From Mucisphaera calidilacus (GTDB lineage Bacteria > Planctomycetota > Phycisphaerae > Phycisphaerales > Phycisphaeraceae): a stretch of DNA of 32,000 nt. This document shows positions 1 through 7,950 of the stretch, one piece after another. The stretch is taken from the NCBI RefSeq assembly GCF_007748075.1, contig NZ_CP036280.1:1320001-1352000 (forward strand), in the 5' to 3' direction. Positions within the stretch are counted from its first letter, which is position 1. The number at the start of each line of letters is the position of its first letter. The translations under genes were made by a program, and so were the position numbers. The notes under the pieces are model-generated. The model was not told the origin of the DNA, did not search any database, and saw only the letters and a program-made list of their open reading frames with translations.

Positions 1-3000
1 CGGGCGAGTCGGGGATCAATCTTGAGCTGGTGGGTGAGCGGCTGGGGCTGGTGCGTCGGCTGGGCGAGGGGGACGTGCCGGGCGTGATCGTGGCGCCGAT
101 TCAGGCTCTGATGCAGCCGGTGCCGGAGCCGGAGCGGCTTGGGCGGTTCTTTCAGCGTGTGGGGGTAGGGGATCAGCGAGACCCGGTGTCGCTGGCGGAG
201 TGGCTGACCGGCGCGGGCTACACGCGTGTGGAGGCGATCGAGCAGCCGGGTGATTTCGCGGTGCGCGGGGGGATTCTGGATCTCTACGCGGCATCGGCAT
301 CGGCGGTGGACGAGGCGGGCAACGAGGTGGTGGTGAGCGGGGTGCGTCTGGATTTCTTCGGCGACGAGATCGAGTCGATCCGGCAGATTGATCTGGACAC
401 GATGGCTTCGGGTCGGGGGCTGAAGAGCGTGGAGTGGCTGGGGACGTCGGTGGATGCATTGGTGGCGGACGAGGGGACGACGACGCTGATGGGGTTGCTG
501 CCTGAGGCGACGCGGGTGCTGATGCACGAGCCGATGGAGTTGAGCGAGCAGGCGCGTGGGTACTACGAGCGGCTGCACGACCCGCGTGGGATTGTTGCTC
601 CGGTGACGGTGATGGGGCGGCTGGGGCGGTTCGGCTTGTGTGAGTTGGCGGACTATTCGTCGCCGACGCCCGGGGCGGAGGTGATCGAGCTGCCTTCGGA
701 GGTGTTGCCGAGCTTTGACACCGATGCCAGGCGGGCCGTGGATGAGTTGACGAGCCTGGGGCAGGAGGCCGGACGTGAGGTTGTGGTGCTCTGCCGGCGA
801 GAGGCGGAGGCGCAGCGGCTGGGCGAGTTGCTGGGTGAGTTGGAAGAGAGCGGGCCGCCGCCGGCGATCGAGCTGGGGACGGTGCATCGGGGGTTCGTGT
901 GGCGGTCTGGCGAGTGTGCTCTGACCGTCGTGCCGCATCACGAGTTGTTCCATCGGTACGAGACACGGCGTCGGGTTCGCAAGATCGCGACGGAGGCGGG
1001 CGGGGAGGCATCGGACGCGTTCCTGGACCTGGAGGTGGGCGATTATGTGGTGCACGTCGATCACGGGATCGCGAAGTTCACGGGGATCCGTTCGATGCGT
1101 CGGAGCGGGATGACGCAGGAGTTCTTGACGCTTGAGTTCGCGGAGAAGGCGTTGCTGCACGTGCCGGCGACGCAGATCGAGCTGGTGCAGAAGTACATCG
1201 GCGGGTTCTCGGGTCGGCCGCCCTTGTCGAAGCTCGGGGGCAAACGCTGGAGCAAGCAGAAGGATCAGGTGCGCGAGGCGGTGAAGGACCTCGCGGCGGA
1301 GTTGTTGCGTGTGCAGGCGGCGCGGGCGACGCAGCCGGGGATCCGGTACCCGGGCGACACGGTGTGGCAGAGGGAATTCGAGGCGGAGTTCCCTTACGAG
1401 GAGACGGAGGACCAGCTCTCGGCGATCGCGGCGATCAAGAAGGACATGGGGGGGGATCAGCCGATGGACCGGCTGCTCTGCGGGGATGTGGGGTTCGGTA
1501 AGACGGAGGTGGCGATCCGGGCGGCGTTCAAGGCGGCGGAGTACGGCAAGCAGGTGGCGATTCTCGTGCCGACGACGGTGCTTGCGGAGCAGCATCACCG
1601 GACGTTTATGCAGCGTATGGCGGACTACCCGTTCAAGGTGGCGTGTATCTCGCGGTTCCGGACGGGGCTTGAGCAGCGCAAGGTGCTCAAGGAGTTGGAG
1701 GCGGGGCGGCTGGATGTGCTGATCGGGACGCACCGGTTGCTGTCGGAGGACGTGAAGTTCGCGGATCTGGGGCTGGTGGTCATCGACGAGGAGCAGCGGT
1801 TCGGGGTGGAGCACAAGAACAAGCTGCTGAGCTTCCGGATGACGGCGGACGTGCTGACGATGACGGCGACGCCTATTCCGCGGACGCTGCACATGTCGAT
1901 GGTGGGTCTGCGGGATATCTCGTCGCTGACGACGGCACCGGTAGACCGGCGGGCGGTGGTGACGGAGGTGGTGCCTTACGACCGCAACCGCGTGAAGCAG
2001 GCGCTGGTGCGTGAGTTGAATCGCGAGGGGCAGGCGTACTTTGTGCACAACCGCGTGCACAACATCCTGTCGGTGGCGGATGACATCCAGAGGCTGGTGC
2101 CCGATGCGCGGGTGATCGTCGGGCATGGGCAGATGCCCGCAGCGGAGTTGCAGTCGGTGATGCTCCGGTTCATGCGTCGTGAGGCGGACGTGCTGGTGAG
2201 CACGACGATCATCGAGAGCGGCATCGATATCCCCACGGCGAACACGATGTTCATCAACGAGGCGGACCACTTCGGGCTGGCGGACCTGCATCAGCTACGG
2301 GGGCGTGTGGGGCGCGGCAAGCACCGGGGTTACTGCTACCTGCTGCTGCCTGAGGACCGCCCGGTGAATGATGTGGCGGCGAAGCGGCTGCGTGCGATCG
2401 AGCAGTACTCGATGCTTGGGGCGGGGTTTCGGATCGCGATGCGGGACCTGGAGATCCGTGGTGCGGGGAATCTTCTGGGCGCGGAACAGTCGGGGCACAT
2501 CGCGGCGGTGGGTTACGAGATGTACTGCGTGCTGCTGGAGCAGGAGACGAAACGGCTGCGTCACGAGACCGTGGTGGAGGCGGTGCGGACGCACCTGGAG
2601 TTGCCGGTGGCGGGGCACCTGCCCAAGCGGTGGATCGGGTCGGACAAGCACCGGATGGAGACGTACCGCCGGCTGAGTCGTGCCGACGATCTGGAGGCGT
2701 TCGACAAGGTGGAGCGGGCGCTGGTCGAGGCGTATGGCGATCCGCCTGAGCAGGCGTCGCGGCTGCTCGAACTGGCGGAGTTGCGTGTGGCTGCGAGCCG
2801 GCATGGGTGTCGACGGATCAAGTTGGAGGAGAAGGATCTGATCTTCACTTCGGACAAGGCTGAGGAACTGCGGGGTCTCTTCGAGGAAGCGCCGGGTCGG
2901 GTGAGTCTGGTTGATGATCAGACGCTCTACTACCGTCCGCCTGAGTCGTATGTGTCGGAGCCGGGGACGCTCCTGGCGGTACTGCGCAAGTTGTTGGTAC

Positions 3001-3044
3001 GCCCGTTTCGGGAGGGTGTCAAAGTAGGACCTTTGGCTCTCTAG
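1..3044 (+). CDS. mfd: Transcription-repair coupling factor Mfd, 5' end cut by the window edge
   Basis: The reading frame is open back to base 3, so the listed Met at 30 is internal. Superfamily-2 helicase motifs are present: GDVGFGKTEVAIRAAF (Walker A), VIDEEQRFGV (DEEQ box), and HQLRGRVGRG with the TRG region. A C-terminal Mfd-type domain follows. The 1004+ aa in the window compare with a typical ~1150 aa. Confidence 0.93.
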   Translation, partial: GESGINLELVGERLGLVRRLGEGDVPGVIVAPIQALMQPVPEPERLGRFFQRVGVGDQRDPVSLAEWLTGAGYTRVEAIEQPGDFAVRGGILDLYAASASAVDEAGNEVVVSGVRLDFFGDEIESIRQIDLDTMASGRGLKSVEWLGTSVDALVADEGTTTLMGLLPEATRVLMHEPMELSEQARGYYERLHDPRGIVAPVTVMGRLGRFGLCELADYSSPTPGAEVIELPSEVLPSFDTDARRAVDELTSLGQEAGREVVVLCRREAEAQRLGELLGELEESGPPPAIELGTVHRGFVWRSGECALTVVPHHELFHRYETRRRVRKIATEAGGEASDAFLDLEVGDYVVHVDHGIAKFTGIRSMRRSGMTQEFLTLEFAEKALLHVPATQIELVQKYIGGFSGRPPLSKLGGKRWSKQKDQVREAVKDLAAELLRVQAARATQPGIRYPGDTVWQREFEAEFPYEETEDQLSAIAAIKKDMGGDQPMDRLLCGDVGFGKTEVAIRAAFKAAEYGKQVAILVPTTVLAEQHHRTFMQRMADYPFKVACISRFRTGLEQRKVLKELEAGRLDVLIGTHRLLSEDVKFADLGLVVIDEEQRFGVEHKNKLLSFRMTADVLTMTATPIPRTLHMSMVGLRDISSLTTAPVDRRAVVTEVVPYDRNRVKQALVRELNREGQAYFVHNRVHNILSVADDIQRLVPDARVIVGHGQMPAAELQSVMLRFMRREADVLVSTTIIESGIDIPTANTMFINEADHFGLADLHQLRGRVGRGKHRGYCYLLLPEDRPVNDVAAKRLRAIEQYSMLGAGFRIAMRDLEIRGAGNLLGAEQSGHIAAVGYEMYCVLLEQETKRLRHETVVEAVRTHLELPVAGHLPKRWIGSDKHRMETYRRLSRADDLEAFDKVERALVEAYGDPPEQASRLLELAELRVAASRHGCRRIKLEEKDLIFTSDKAEELRGLFEEAPGRVSLVDDQTLYYRPPESYVSEPGTLLAVLRKLLVRPFREGVKVGPLAL

Positions 3045-3169
3045 ATCGCTTGGGAATCGCCTTTCTGGTGTAAAAATGCGTGACATCGGGCGTGCTGGTC
3101 GATATCTTTCGTGTACAGGTCTTTGTGCCTGGTTCAACACGAGGTCAGAGGACGAGAAGGAAGATTTAG

Positions 3170-4705
3170 ATGTTGTTCTCAGTTCGCCGCTGCCGGGTCG
3201 CGGTGGTGTGTGGTGCACTCGCTCTGCTGGTGTTGTCGTCTGCTGTTTCTGCGGGCTATGAGACGATCCGTGATAACGGGCCTAATACCAACCGCGTGAA
3301 TATGGTGTTCATGGGGGATGGCTACACGGCGGGTCATGAGATCGATGTGGTCTATCCGCAGCACATTGAGGCGATGCTGACGCACGTGTTCGAGGGCGAT
3401 GAGGATCCGTTTCCCCGCTACGAGAAGTTCATCAATGTGCACCGGATTGATGTGGTCAGTGACGAGTCGGGTGCTGATATCCCTCCGGATGGTGTTTTCG
3501 TGGATACCGCGCTCGGATCCAAGTATTACCACGACGGCGTCACCGAGCGACTACTTTATGTCAGTAACAGCCGCGCGCGGAATGCGTTGAACGCTGGCCT
3601 GCTGGGCTCGGATATCAAGGCGGATGTCAAGGTCATCACCGTCAACAGCGCGAAGTATGGCGGTGGCGGTGGTGAGTATGCGGTATACGCGGGCGGCCAT
3701 GCGAGCGCGCCGGAGATCGCGTTGCACGAGATCGGACACCAGTTTGCCAATCTGGCTGACGAGTACGCGATTTACGATCGCCCCTACACCGGTTTTGAGC
3801 CGCCCGAGGTCAATGCGACACTTGATCCGAAGGGCGAGTGGGATCACTGGCTTGGGTACGTTGACCCGGACCACCCGGAGATGGGTGCGATCGGGGTGTA
3901 CGAGGGATCAAAGTATTACGCGGAGGGGCTGTACCGTCCTTCCCAGAACTCCAAGATGCGCAACCTCGGGCGGCCGTTTGACGCGGTGGCGCGTGAGCAG
4001 CTGATCAAGGAGATCTACGAGATTGTCGATCCGGTGGATGAGCATGCGGGTAACAACGGGTTGCTGGCAGACCCGGGTGCGTTGTGGGTGGATGTGATTG
4101 ATCCCGCTGTGCTGGATGTTTCGTGGTGGGTGGATGGCTCTGAGATTCCGGGCGGCCCGGACGCGTTTGATCTGTCGCTCTATGGCTACGGGCTGGGCAC
4201 TTTCGAGGTCGTGGCGGACGTGCGTGACAACACGGACTGGATCCGGGACGAGGCGATCAAGGATCTGGCGCATCAGCGTGTGGCGTGGACGGTCTCGCTG
4301 ACGGGGCCCGCGAAGGATCTGGATGGGTCGGGCGTTCTGGATGCAACGGACATTGACATGGCCATGCAACGACTCACGGCCGGAGATGGGTTCGACCTCA
4401 ATGGCGACGGGTTTGGGGATCTGTTTGACCTGGATTACCTGCTGGGCACGATGCTGGGGGCGGCTTTTGGTGATGCGACACTCGACGGCCGGGTCGATCT
4501 GAATGACTTGAGTCTGCTGGCGGCTTCGTTCGAAGCACCCGGTGGCTGGGCCAAAGGTGATTTCACGGGTGATGGCTGGGTGGACCTCGCGGACCTGTCG
4601 GTGCTGGCATCGACGTTTGGTTTTGGAGCGACGGTCCCCGAGCCGTCGGGGCTCATTGCGATGGGGCTGATGGCCGGGGTTCGAGCACGACGCGGCGTTC
4701 GCTAG
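3170..4705 (+). CDS. Secreted M64-like (IgA-peptidase family) zinc metalloprotease with dockerin/EF-hand-like Asp repeats and a C-terminal PEP-CTERM sorting signal
   Basis: AGGAAG Shine-Dalgarno about 8 nt upstream of the ATG. N-terminal signal peptide (RRCRVAVVCGALALLVLSSAVSA|GY). M64-like blocks: NRVNMVFMGDGYT, SAKYGGGGGEYAVYAGG, and the HEIGH zinc motif at 3725..3739 followed by LADEY. Four Asp-rich repeats (DLDGSGVLDATDID, DLNGDGFGDLFDLDYLL, DATLDGRVDLNDLSLLA, GDFTGDGWVDLADLSVLA). The C-terminus VPEPSGLIAMGLMAGVRARRGVR (4634..4702) is PEP, then a TM helix, then an Arg cluster. Confidence 0.75.
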   Translation: MLFSVRRCRVAVVCGALALLVLSSAVSAGYETIRDNGPNTNRVNMVFMGDGYTAGHEIDVVYPQHIEAMLTHVFEGDEDPFPRYEKFINVHRIDVVSDESGADIPPDGVFVDTALGSKYYHDGVTERLLYVSNSRARNALNAGLLGSDIKADVKVITVNSAKYGGGGGEYAVYAGGHASAPEIALHEIGHQFANLADEYAIYDRPYTGFEPPEVNATLDPKGEWDHWLGYVDPDHPEMGAIGVYEGSKYYAEGLYRPSQNSKMRNLGRPFDAVAREQLIKEIYEIVDPVDEHAGNNGLLADPGALWVDVIDPAVLDVSWWVDGSEIPGGPDAFDLSLYGYGLGTFEVVADVRDNTDWIRDEAIKDLAHQRVAWTVSLTGPAKDLDGSGVLDATDIDMAMQRLTAGDGFDLNGDGFGDLFDLDYLLGTMLGAAFGDATLDGRVDLNDLSLLAASFEAPGGWAKGDFTGDGWVDLADLSVLASTFGFGATVPEPSGLIAMGLMAGVRARRGVR

Positions 4706-4714
4706 CATGTCGTC

Positions 4715-5185
4715 ATGCTGCATGTCGCGATGTATCGGCCGGTGATTCCGCAGAACACGGGGGCGGTAGCGCGTCAGTGCGTGGGTATGAATGCCCACTT
4801 GCACCTGATCGGGCCGATGGGGTTTGAGATCACGGATCACGCGGTCAAGCGAGCGGGTCTGGACTACTGGCCTTACCTGCATCTGACCGAGTACGCGGAC
4901 GAGGCGGCGTTCTACGACTGGCTCGGCGAGCGTCGTGTCTGGCTGATCACGAAGTTTGGCGGGACTCGTTTTGATCGGGCGGATTACGAGGACGAAGACG
5001 TTCTTATGGTGGGCAATGAGAACCATGGCCTGCCGGAATCGATCCACGAGCGGCACTCTGGAACACGGGTGTCGATTCCGATGCCCGGAACGAGCCTTGG
5101 GAATGTGCGCAGCTACAACGTGTCGAATGCGGCGGCCATCGTCATGGCGATGGCGATGGTCCGGATCGCCGATTCAGATTCGTGA
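4715..5185 (+). CDS. trmL: tRNA (cytidine/uridine-2'-O)-methyltransferase TrmL, SpoU/TrmH family
   Basis: 156 aa. It is collinear with E. coli TrmL/YibK as I recall it: PVIPQNTGAVARQC, LHLIGPMGFEI, VKRAGLDYW, LMVGNENHGLP and the C-terminal RSYNVSNAAAIV knot region. Confidence 0.85.
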   Translation: MLHVAMYRPVIPQNTGAVARQCVGMNAHLHLIGPMGFEITDHAVKRAGLDYWPYLHLTEYADEAAFYDWLGERRVWLITKFGGTRFDRADYEDEDVLMVGNENHGLPESIHERHSGTRVSIPMPGTSLGNVRSYNVSNAAAIVMAMAMVRIADSDS

Positions 5186-5953
5186 GTCTCGCAGGGCTAG
5201 GGGCTTGTCGAGGACTTCGCGGAGGATAATCAGGTCACGGAGGCGGGCGGGGTCGTCGAGCATGCCGATGAGCCGGCTTCGGTTGGTGGCCTGTTTTTCG
5301 CGGACGGACATCTGCTTAGGGGCGTCGGCTTCGGGTCGGAATGATCGGCTCTGCTGTTTTCGCTGGGGCTGGGTTTGTCTGGAGGGTAGTGGCTGACGTC
5401 GCTGCGTCTGCTGGCGTTGTGGCTGAGGCTGGGGCGTGGGCCGTTGGCGTTGCTGAGGCACGGGCTGTGGCGCCGCGGGCTGCGGACGGCTTTGCGGCGC
5501 GGGTGTCTGTGGCTGGGCACGCTGTTGGGCGGCTTGCCGCTGAGCGGCAGCTCGCTGCCGCAAGGCCTCGGCGCGGCGGCGGTAGGCTTCCTGAGCCTTG
5601 GCCCGCGCGGCTTCCTGGCTGTTCGAGAGGTTGCGCGGTTCAGTTTGTGTGGATGCGGTGATGGTACCGTCGGTTGAGGGGCGGTTGTCGCGTTTGGTTT
5701 CGGAGAGATCACGGCCGGCCATGCGCTCGCGGGCCTCCGCCTGCCGCTGCTGGCGGGCGCGGAGCATGGCCTCTCGACGCTCCTGAGACTTGCGGTCGAT
5801 GCGTTCCTGCACGGTCATGCCGTCGTCGGCCTTGTAGGCCTCTCCCAGTTGCTCGGAGCGTTTATCGTTGATGGACTTGATCGCGGCTCCGATCATCGGC
5901 CCGAGGAAGACAATCGCGATGACTACGAGTTGGATGATGTCCTGCGTGCTCAT
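5174..5953 (-). CDS. Hypothetical single-pass membrane protein with a long Gln/Arg/Pro/Ala-rich low-complexity region
   Basis: GGAGG Shine-Dalgarno 6 nt upstream of the ATG. One N-terminal TM helix (IIQLVVIAIVFLGPMIGAAI). The central part is QRQ/PQP-rich (QPQTPAPQSRPQPAAPQPVPQQRQRPTPQPQPQRQQTQ). There is a non-repetitive C-terminal block, LIGMLDDPARLRDLIILREVLDKPLALR. It lies 22 nt downstream of the ABC ATPase on the same strand. I recognise no family. Confidence 0.6.
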   Translation of the reverse strand: MSTQDIIQLVVIAIVFLGPMIGAAIKSINDKRSEQLGEAYKADDGMTVQERIDRKSQERREAMLRARQQRQAEARERMAGRDLSETKRDNRPSTDGTITASTQTEPRNLSNSQEAARAKAQEAYRRRAEALRQRAAAQRQAAQQRAQPQTPAPQSRPQPAAPQPVPQQRQRPTPQPQPQRQQTQRRQPLPSRQTQPQRKQQSRSFRPEADAPKQMSVREKQATNRSRLIGMLDDPARLRDLIILREVLDKPLALRDSRI

Positions 5954-5975
5954 GACGACCTCCGGCGTTTCCTGA

Positions 5976-6755
5976 TCACATTCTAGGGGCGGGGCGCGTG
6001 AGTGGGATGGTGAGCCCCGGCTCGATTTCGATCATTTGGAAAGGGACGTCGTAGGCGTTTTCGAGGTTGGGGGTTGTCAGGATCTCCCGGGTCGGTCCGG
6101 AAGCGACGAGTTGTCCGTGTGCGAGCAGCCAGACTTCGTCGGCGTAGCGTGCGGCGAGGTCGAGATCGTGGAGCACGGCGAGGACCGCGATGTTCCGGTC
6201 GCGTGCTCTGTCTCGGAGCTGGGAGAGGGTCTTGTGGGCCCAGGCGGGGTCCATGGAGGCGGTCGGCTCATCGACGAGCAAGGCTCTGCCTTGCTGAGCG
6301 AGCTGGCAGCAGGCTCGTGCGAGAAGACCCCGCTGGCGTTCACCGCCTGAGAGGGCGGTCCAGGGCTGTTGGGCGAGTTGCCCGAGGTCCCATGCCTGGA
6401 GCTCGGTATGAGCCTCAGATCGGGGTGCTCCAGCGGGCCAGCAGCCGAGTGCGACCATGTCGCAGAGCAGGTGGGCAAATGTAAGTGATGCGTGTTGAGG
6501 CACATAGGCGATTTTGGCAGCGCGTTGCCGCTCGGAGAGCGATTTGAGCGGGGTGTGATCGAGGATAACCCGCCCCTGCTGGGGTGTGAGAAGGCCCAGC
6601 AGGATGCGCAGGAGGGTGGTTTTCCCTGAACCGTTAGGTCCGATGAGGGCTGTCAGTTGGCCCGGGCGGGCGGAGGCTGAGAGGTTATCGAGGATCGTCT
6701 GGCCGCCCAGGTAGGCGAAACGGAGGTTTGTGGCGTCGAGGCAGGGGGTTGTCAT
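5976..6755 (-). CDS. ABC transporter ATP-binding protein (FepC/HmuV/BtuD-like subfamily)
   Basis: Walker A GPNGSGKTTLL, signature LSGGERQR, Walker B LLVDEPTASMD, H-loop VLHDL. The 259-aa single-NBD architecture is typical of iron-chelate/cobalamin-type importer ATPases. Confidence 0.85.
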   Translation of the reverse strand: MTTPCLDATNLRFAYLGGQTILDNLSASARPGQLTALIGPNGSGKTTLLRILLGLLTPQQGRVILDHTPLKSLSERQRAAKIAYVPQHASLTFAHLLCDMVALGCWPAGAPRSEAHTELQAWDLGQLAQQPWTALSGGERQRGLLARACCQLAQQGRALLVDEPTASMDPAWAHKTLSQLRDRARDRNIAVLAVLHDLDLAARYADEVWLLAHGQLVASGPTREILTTPNLENAYDVPFQMIEIEPGLTIPLTRPAPRM

Positions 6756-6799
6756 GGCGTAGACACGTTACCGTGATGGGGTTGCGGACGCTGCCTGGT

Positions 6800-6827
6800 T
6801 TGACTTCGGGCGTGTTTGGATTACATT
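6800..6827 (+). promoter_or_regulatory. Candidate sigma70-type promoter for rplM-rpsI
   Basis: TTGACT (6800..6805), a 16-nt spacer, then TACATT (6822..6827), about 36 nt upstream of the rplM ATG. It sits in a locally AT-richer patch of the divergent intergenic region. Confidence 0.4.
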
Positions 6828-6863
6828 ATGTGGCTCGCTACCTCGAACCAAGGGTGACCGCTG

Positions 6864-7307
6864 ATGAACCGTCAGACCTACCTGGCTAAGAATGAAGAAG
6901 TGCCGCGGCGCTGGCTGCAGGTGGATGCTACGGACCAGGTTCTGGGCCGGTTGGCGACCCGACTGGCGCTGGTGCTCATGGGCAAGCACAAGCCTGAATA
7001 CACGCCGCACCACGACGTTGGTGATTTTGTGGTGGTGACGAACGCAGAGCGTATTCGGGTCACGGGCCGCAAGCTGGACCAGAAGCATCTCAAGCGTTTT
7101 ACCGGCTATCCCAGCGGTCTGAAGCTCACGAGCTACCGCGATCAGATGGCGAAGCGTCCTGAGAAGATCATCGAGGAGGCCGTTCGCCGGATGCTCCCTA
7201 AGAACAAGCTCGCCCGTCATCAGCTCAAGAAGCTGAAGGTTTACAGCGGAACGGACCATCCCCACGCGGCGCAGCAGCCTGAGCCGCTGGACGTGACCAC
7301 GATCTGA
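6864..7307 (+). CDS. rplM: 50S ribosomal protein L13
   Basis: 147 aa. Canonical L13 N-terminus RRWLQVDATDQVLGRLATRLALVLMGKHKPEYTPHHDVGDFVVVTNAE. It is followed by rpsI in the conserved operon order. Confidence 0.95.
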   Translation: MNRQTYLAKNEEVPRRWLQVDATDQVLGRLATRLALVLMGKHKPEYTPHHDVGDFVVVTNAERIRVTGRKLDQKHLKRFTGYPSGLKLTSYRDQMAKRPEKIIEEAVRRMLPKNKLARHQLKKLKVYSGTDHPHAAQQPEPLDVTTI

Positions 7308-7320
7308 ACATGCGGGTGGC

Positions 7321-7890
7321 GTGGCCGCCCGACTGACCCGGAGACCTGACTTGTCGACCGAAGAGACGCCCCAGAACGTTGAGCAGCCCGCTGTTCCGGA
7401 AGTTCCCGCAGTGCCCGAGGTGCCGAGTGTTCCCGAGGTGCCGACCCTCGGCGACGCCGTCGAGACCCAGGTGCGCAGCACCGCACAGCCGGCGACCCCC
7501 GATGCCGGCGGTTTCGTGTGGGGCACCGGTCGTCGTAAGGCGGCGATCGCACGCGTTCGGGTGCGTCCGGGCAACGGCAAGATGCTCGTGAACAGCAAGG
7601 AAGTCGACGTCTACTTCACCGAGACGCAGCACCGCGAGGCCTGCCGTGCCCCGCTCAACGCCACCGAGACCAAGGACCTGGACGTCTTCGTGAATGTCCA
7701 TGGCGGCGGGATCACGGGTCAGGCGGAGGCGATTCTGCTCGGCGTGGCGCGTGCGCTGAAGGGGTATGACCCGACGCTGGAGCAGACGCTGCGAGACAAT
7801 AACTTCCTGACGCGTGACCCGCGTAAGGTGGAGCGTAAGAAGTACGGTCAGCGTGGTGCCCGTCGTCGCTTCCAGTTCTCGAAGCGTTAA
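7321..7890 (+). CDS. rpsI: 30S ribosomal protein S9 with a ~60-aa N-terminal extension
   Basis: The core is GTGRRKAAIARVRVRPGNGKMLVN ... GGGITGQAEAILLGVARAL ... RDPRKVERKKYGQRGARRRFQFSKR. The start is uncertain. It is either the GTG at 7321 or the TTG at 7351, which has a GGAGA Shine-Dalgarno about 7 nt upstream. Either start leaves an extension in front of the S9 core. Confidence 0.93.
   Translation: MAARLTRRPDLSTEETPQNVEQPAVPEVPAVPEVPSVPEVPTLGDAVETQVRSTAQPATPDAGGFVWGTGRRKAAIARVRVRPGNGKMLVNSKEVDVYFTETQHREACRAPLNATETKDLDVFVNVHGGGITGQAEAILLGVARALKGYDPTLEQTLRDNNFLTRDPRKVERKKYGQRGARRRFQFSKR
7387..7440 (+). repeat. Three tandem 18-nt (6-aa PxVPEV) in-frame repeats within the S9 N-terminal extension
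   Basis: The sequence reads ccc gct gtt ccg gaa gtt / ccc gca gtg ccc gag gtg / ccg agt gtt ccc gag gtg. This translates to PAVPEV PAVPEV PSVPEV. Confidence 0.8.
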
Positions 7891-7919
7891 TCGGACACGA
7901 CACCCAACGATTTCACGGA

Positions 7920-7950
7920 CTCCGGTGCCTCTGTGCACCAGAGTTTTTTT
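7920..7950 (+). terminator. Rho-independent terminator of rplM-rpsI
   Basis: CTCCGGTGC (7920..7928), loop CTCTGT, GCACCAGAG (7935..7943): a 9-bp stem with one C/A mismatch. A T7 run follows at 7944..7950, about 30 nt after the rpsI stop. The T-run abuts the stop codon of the convergent rbsK. Confidence 0.7.

Noticed and set aside
16-1011. Long antisense ORFs opposite well-supported genes. Examples: 16..1011(-), 2295..3218(-), 3908..5056(-), 6768..7598(-), 7225..8100(-), 9532..10989(+), 12495..14039(-), 13328..14554(+), 17354..18385(+), 23491..24225(+), 30462..31403(-).
   Set aside because: All are Arg/Pro/Ala/Gly-rich with no recognisable motifs. Each lies fully inside a gene on the other strand whose product has clear family signatures. 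This is the classic shadow-ORF behaviour of high-GC DNA, where stop codons are rare.
5976-6755. The lone ABC ATPase as a defence-type ATPase (OLD/Gabija/PARIS-like AAA/ABC).
   Set aside because: It is a compact 259-aa transporter-type NBD with the canonical LSGGERQR signature and H-loop. It has no coiled-coil insertion, no nuclease or TOPRIM domain, and no partner effector.
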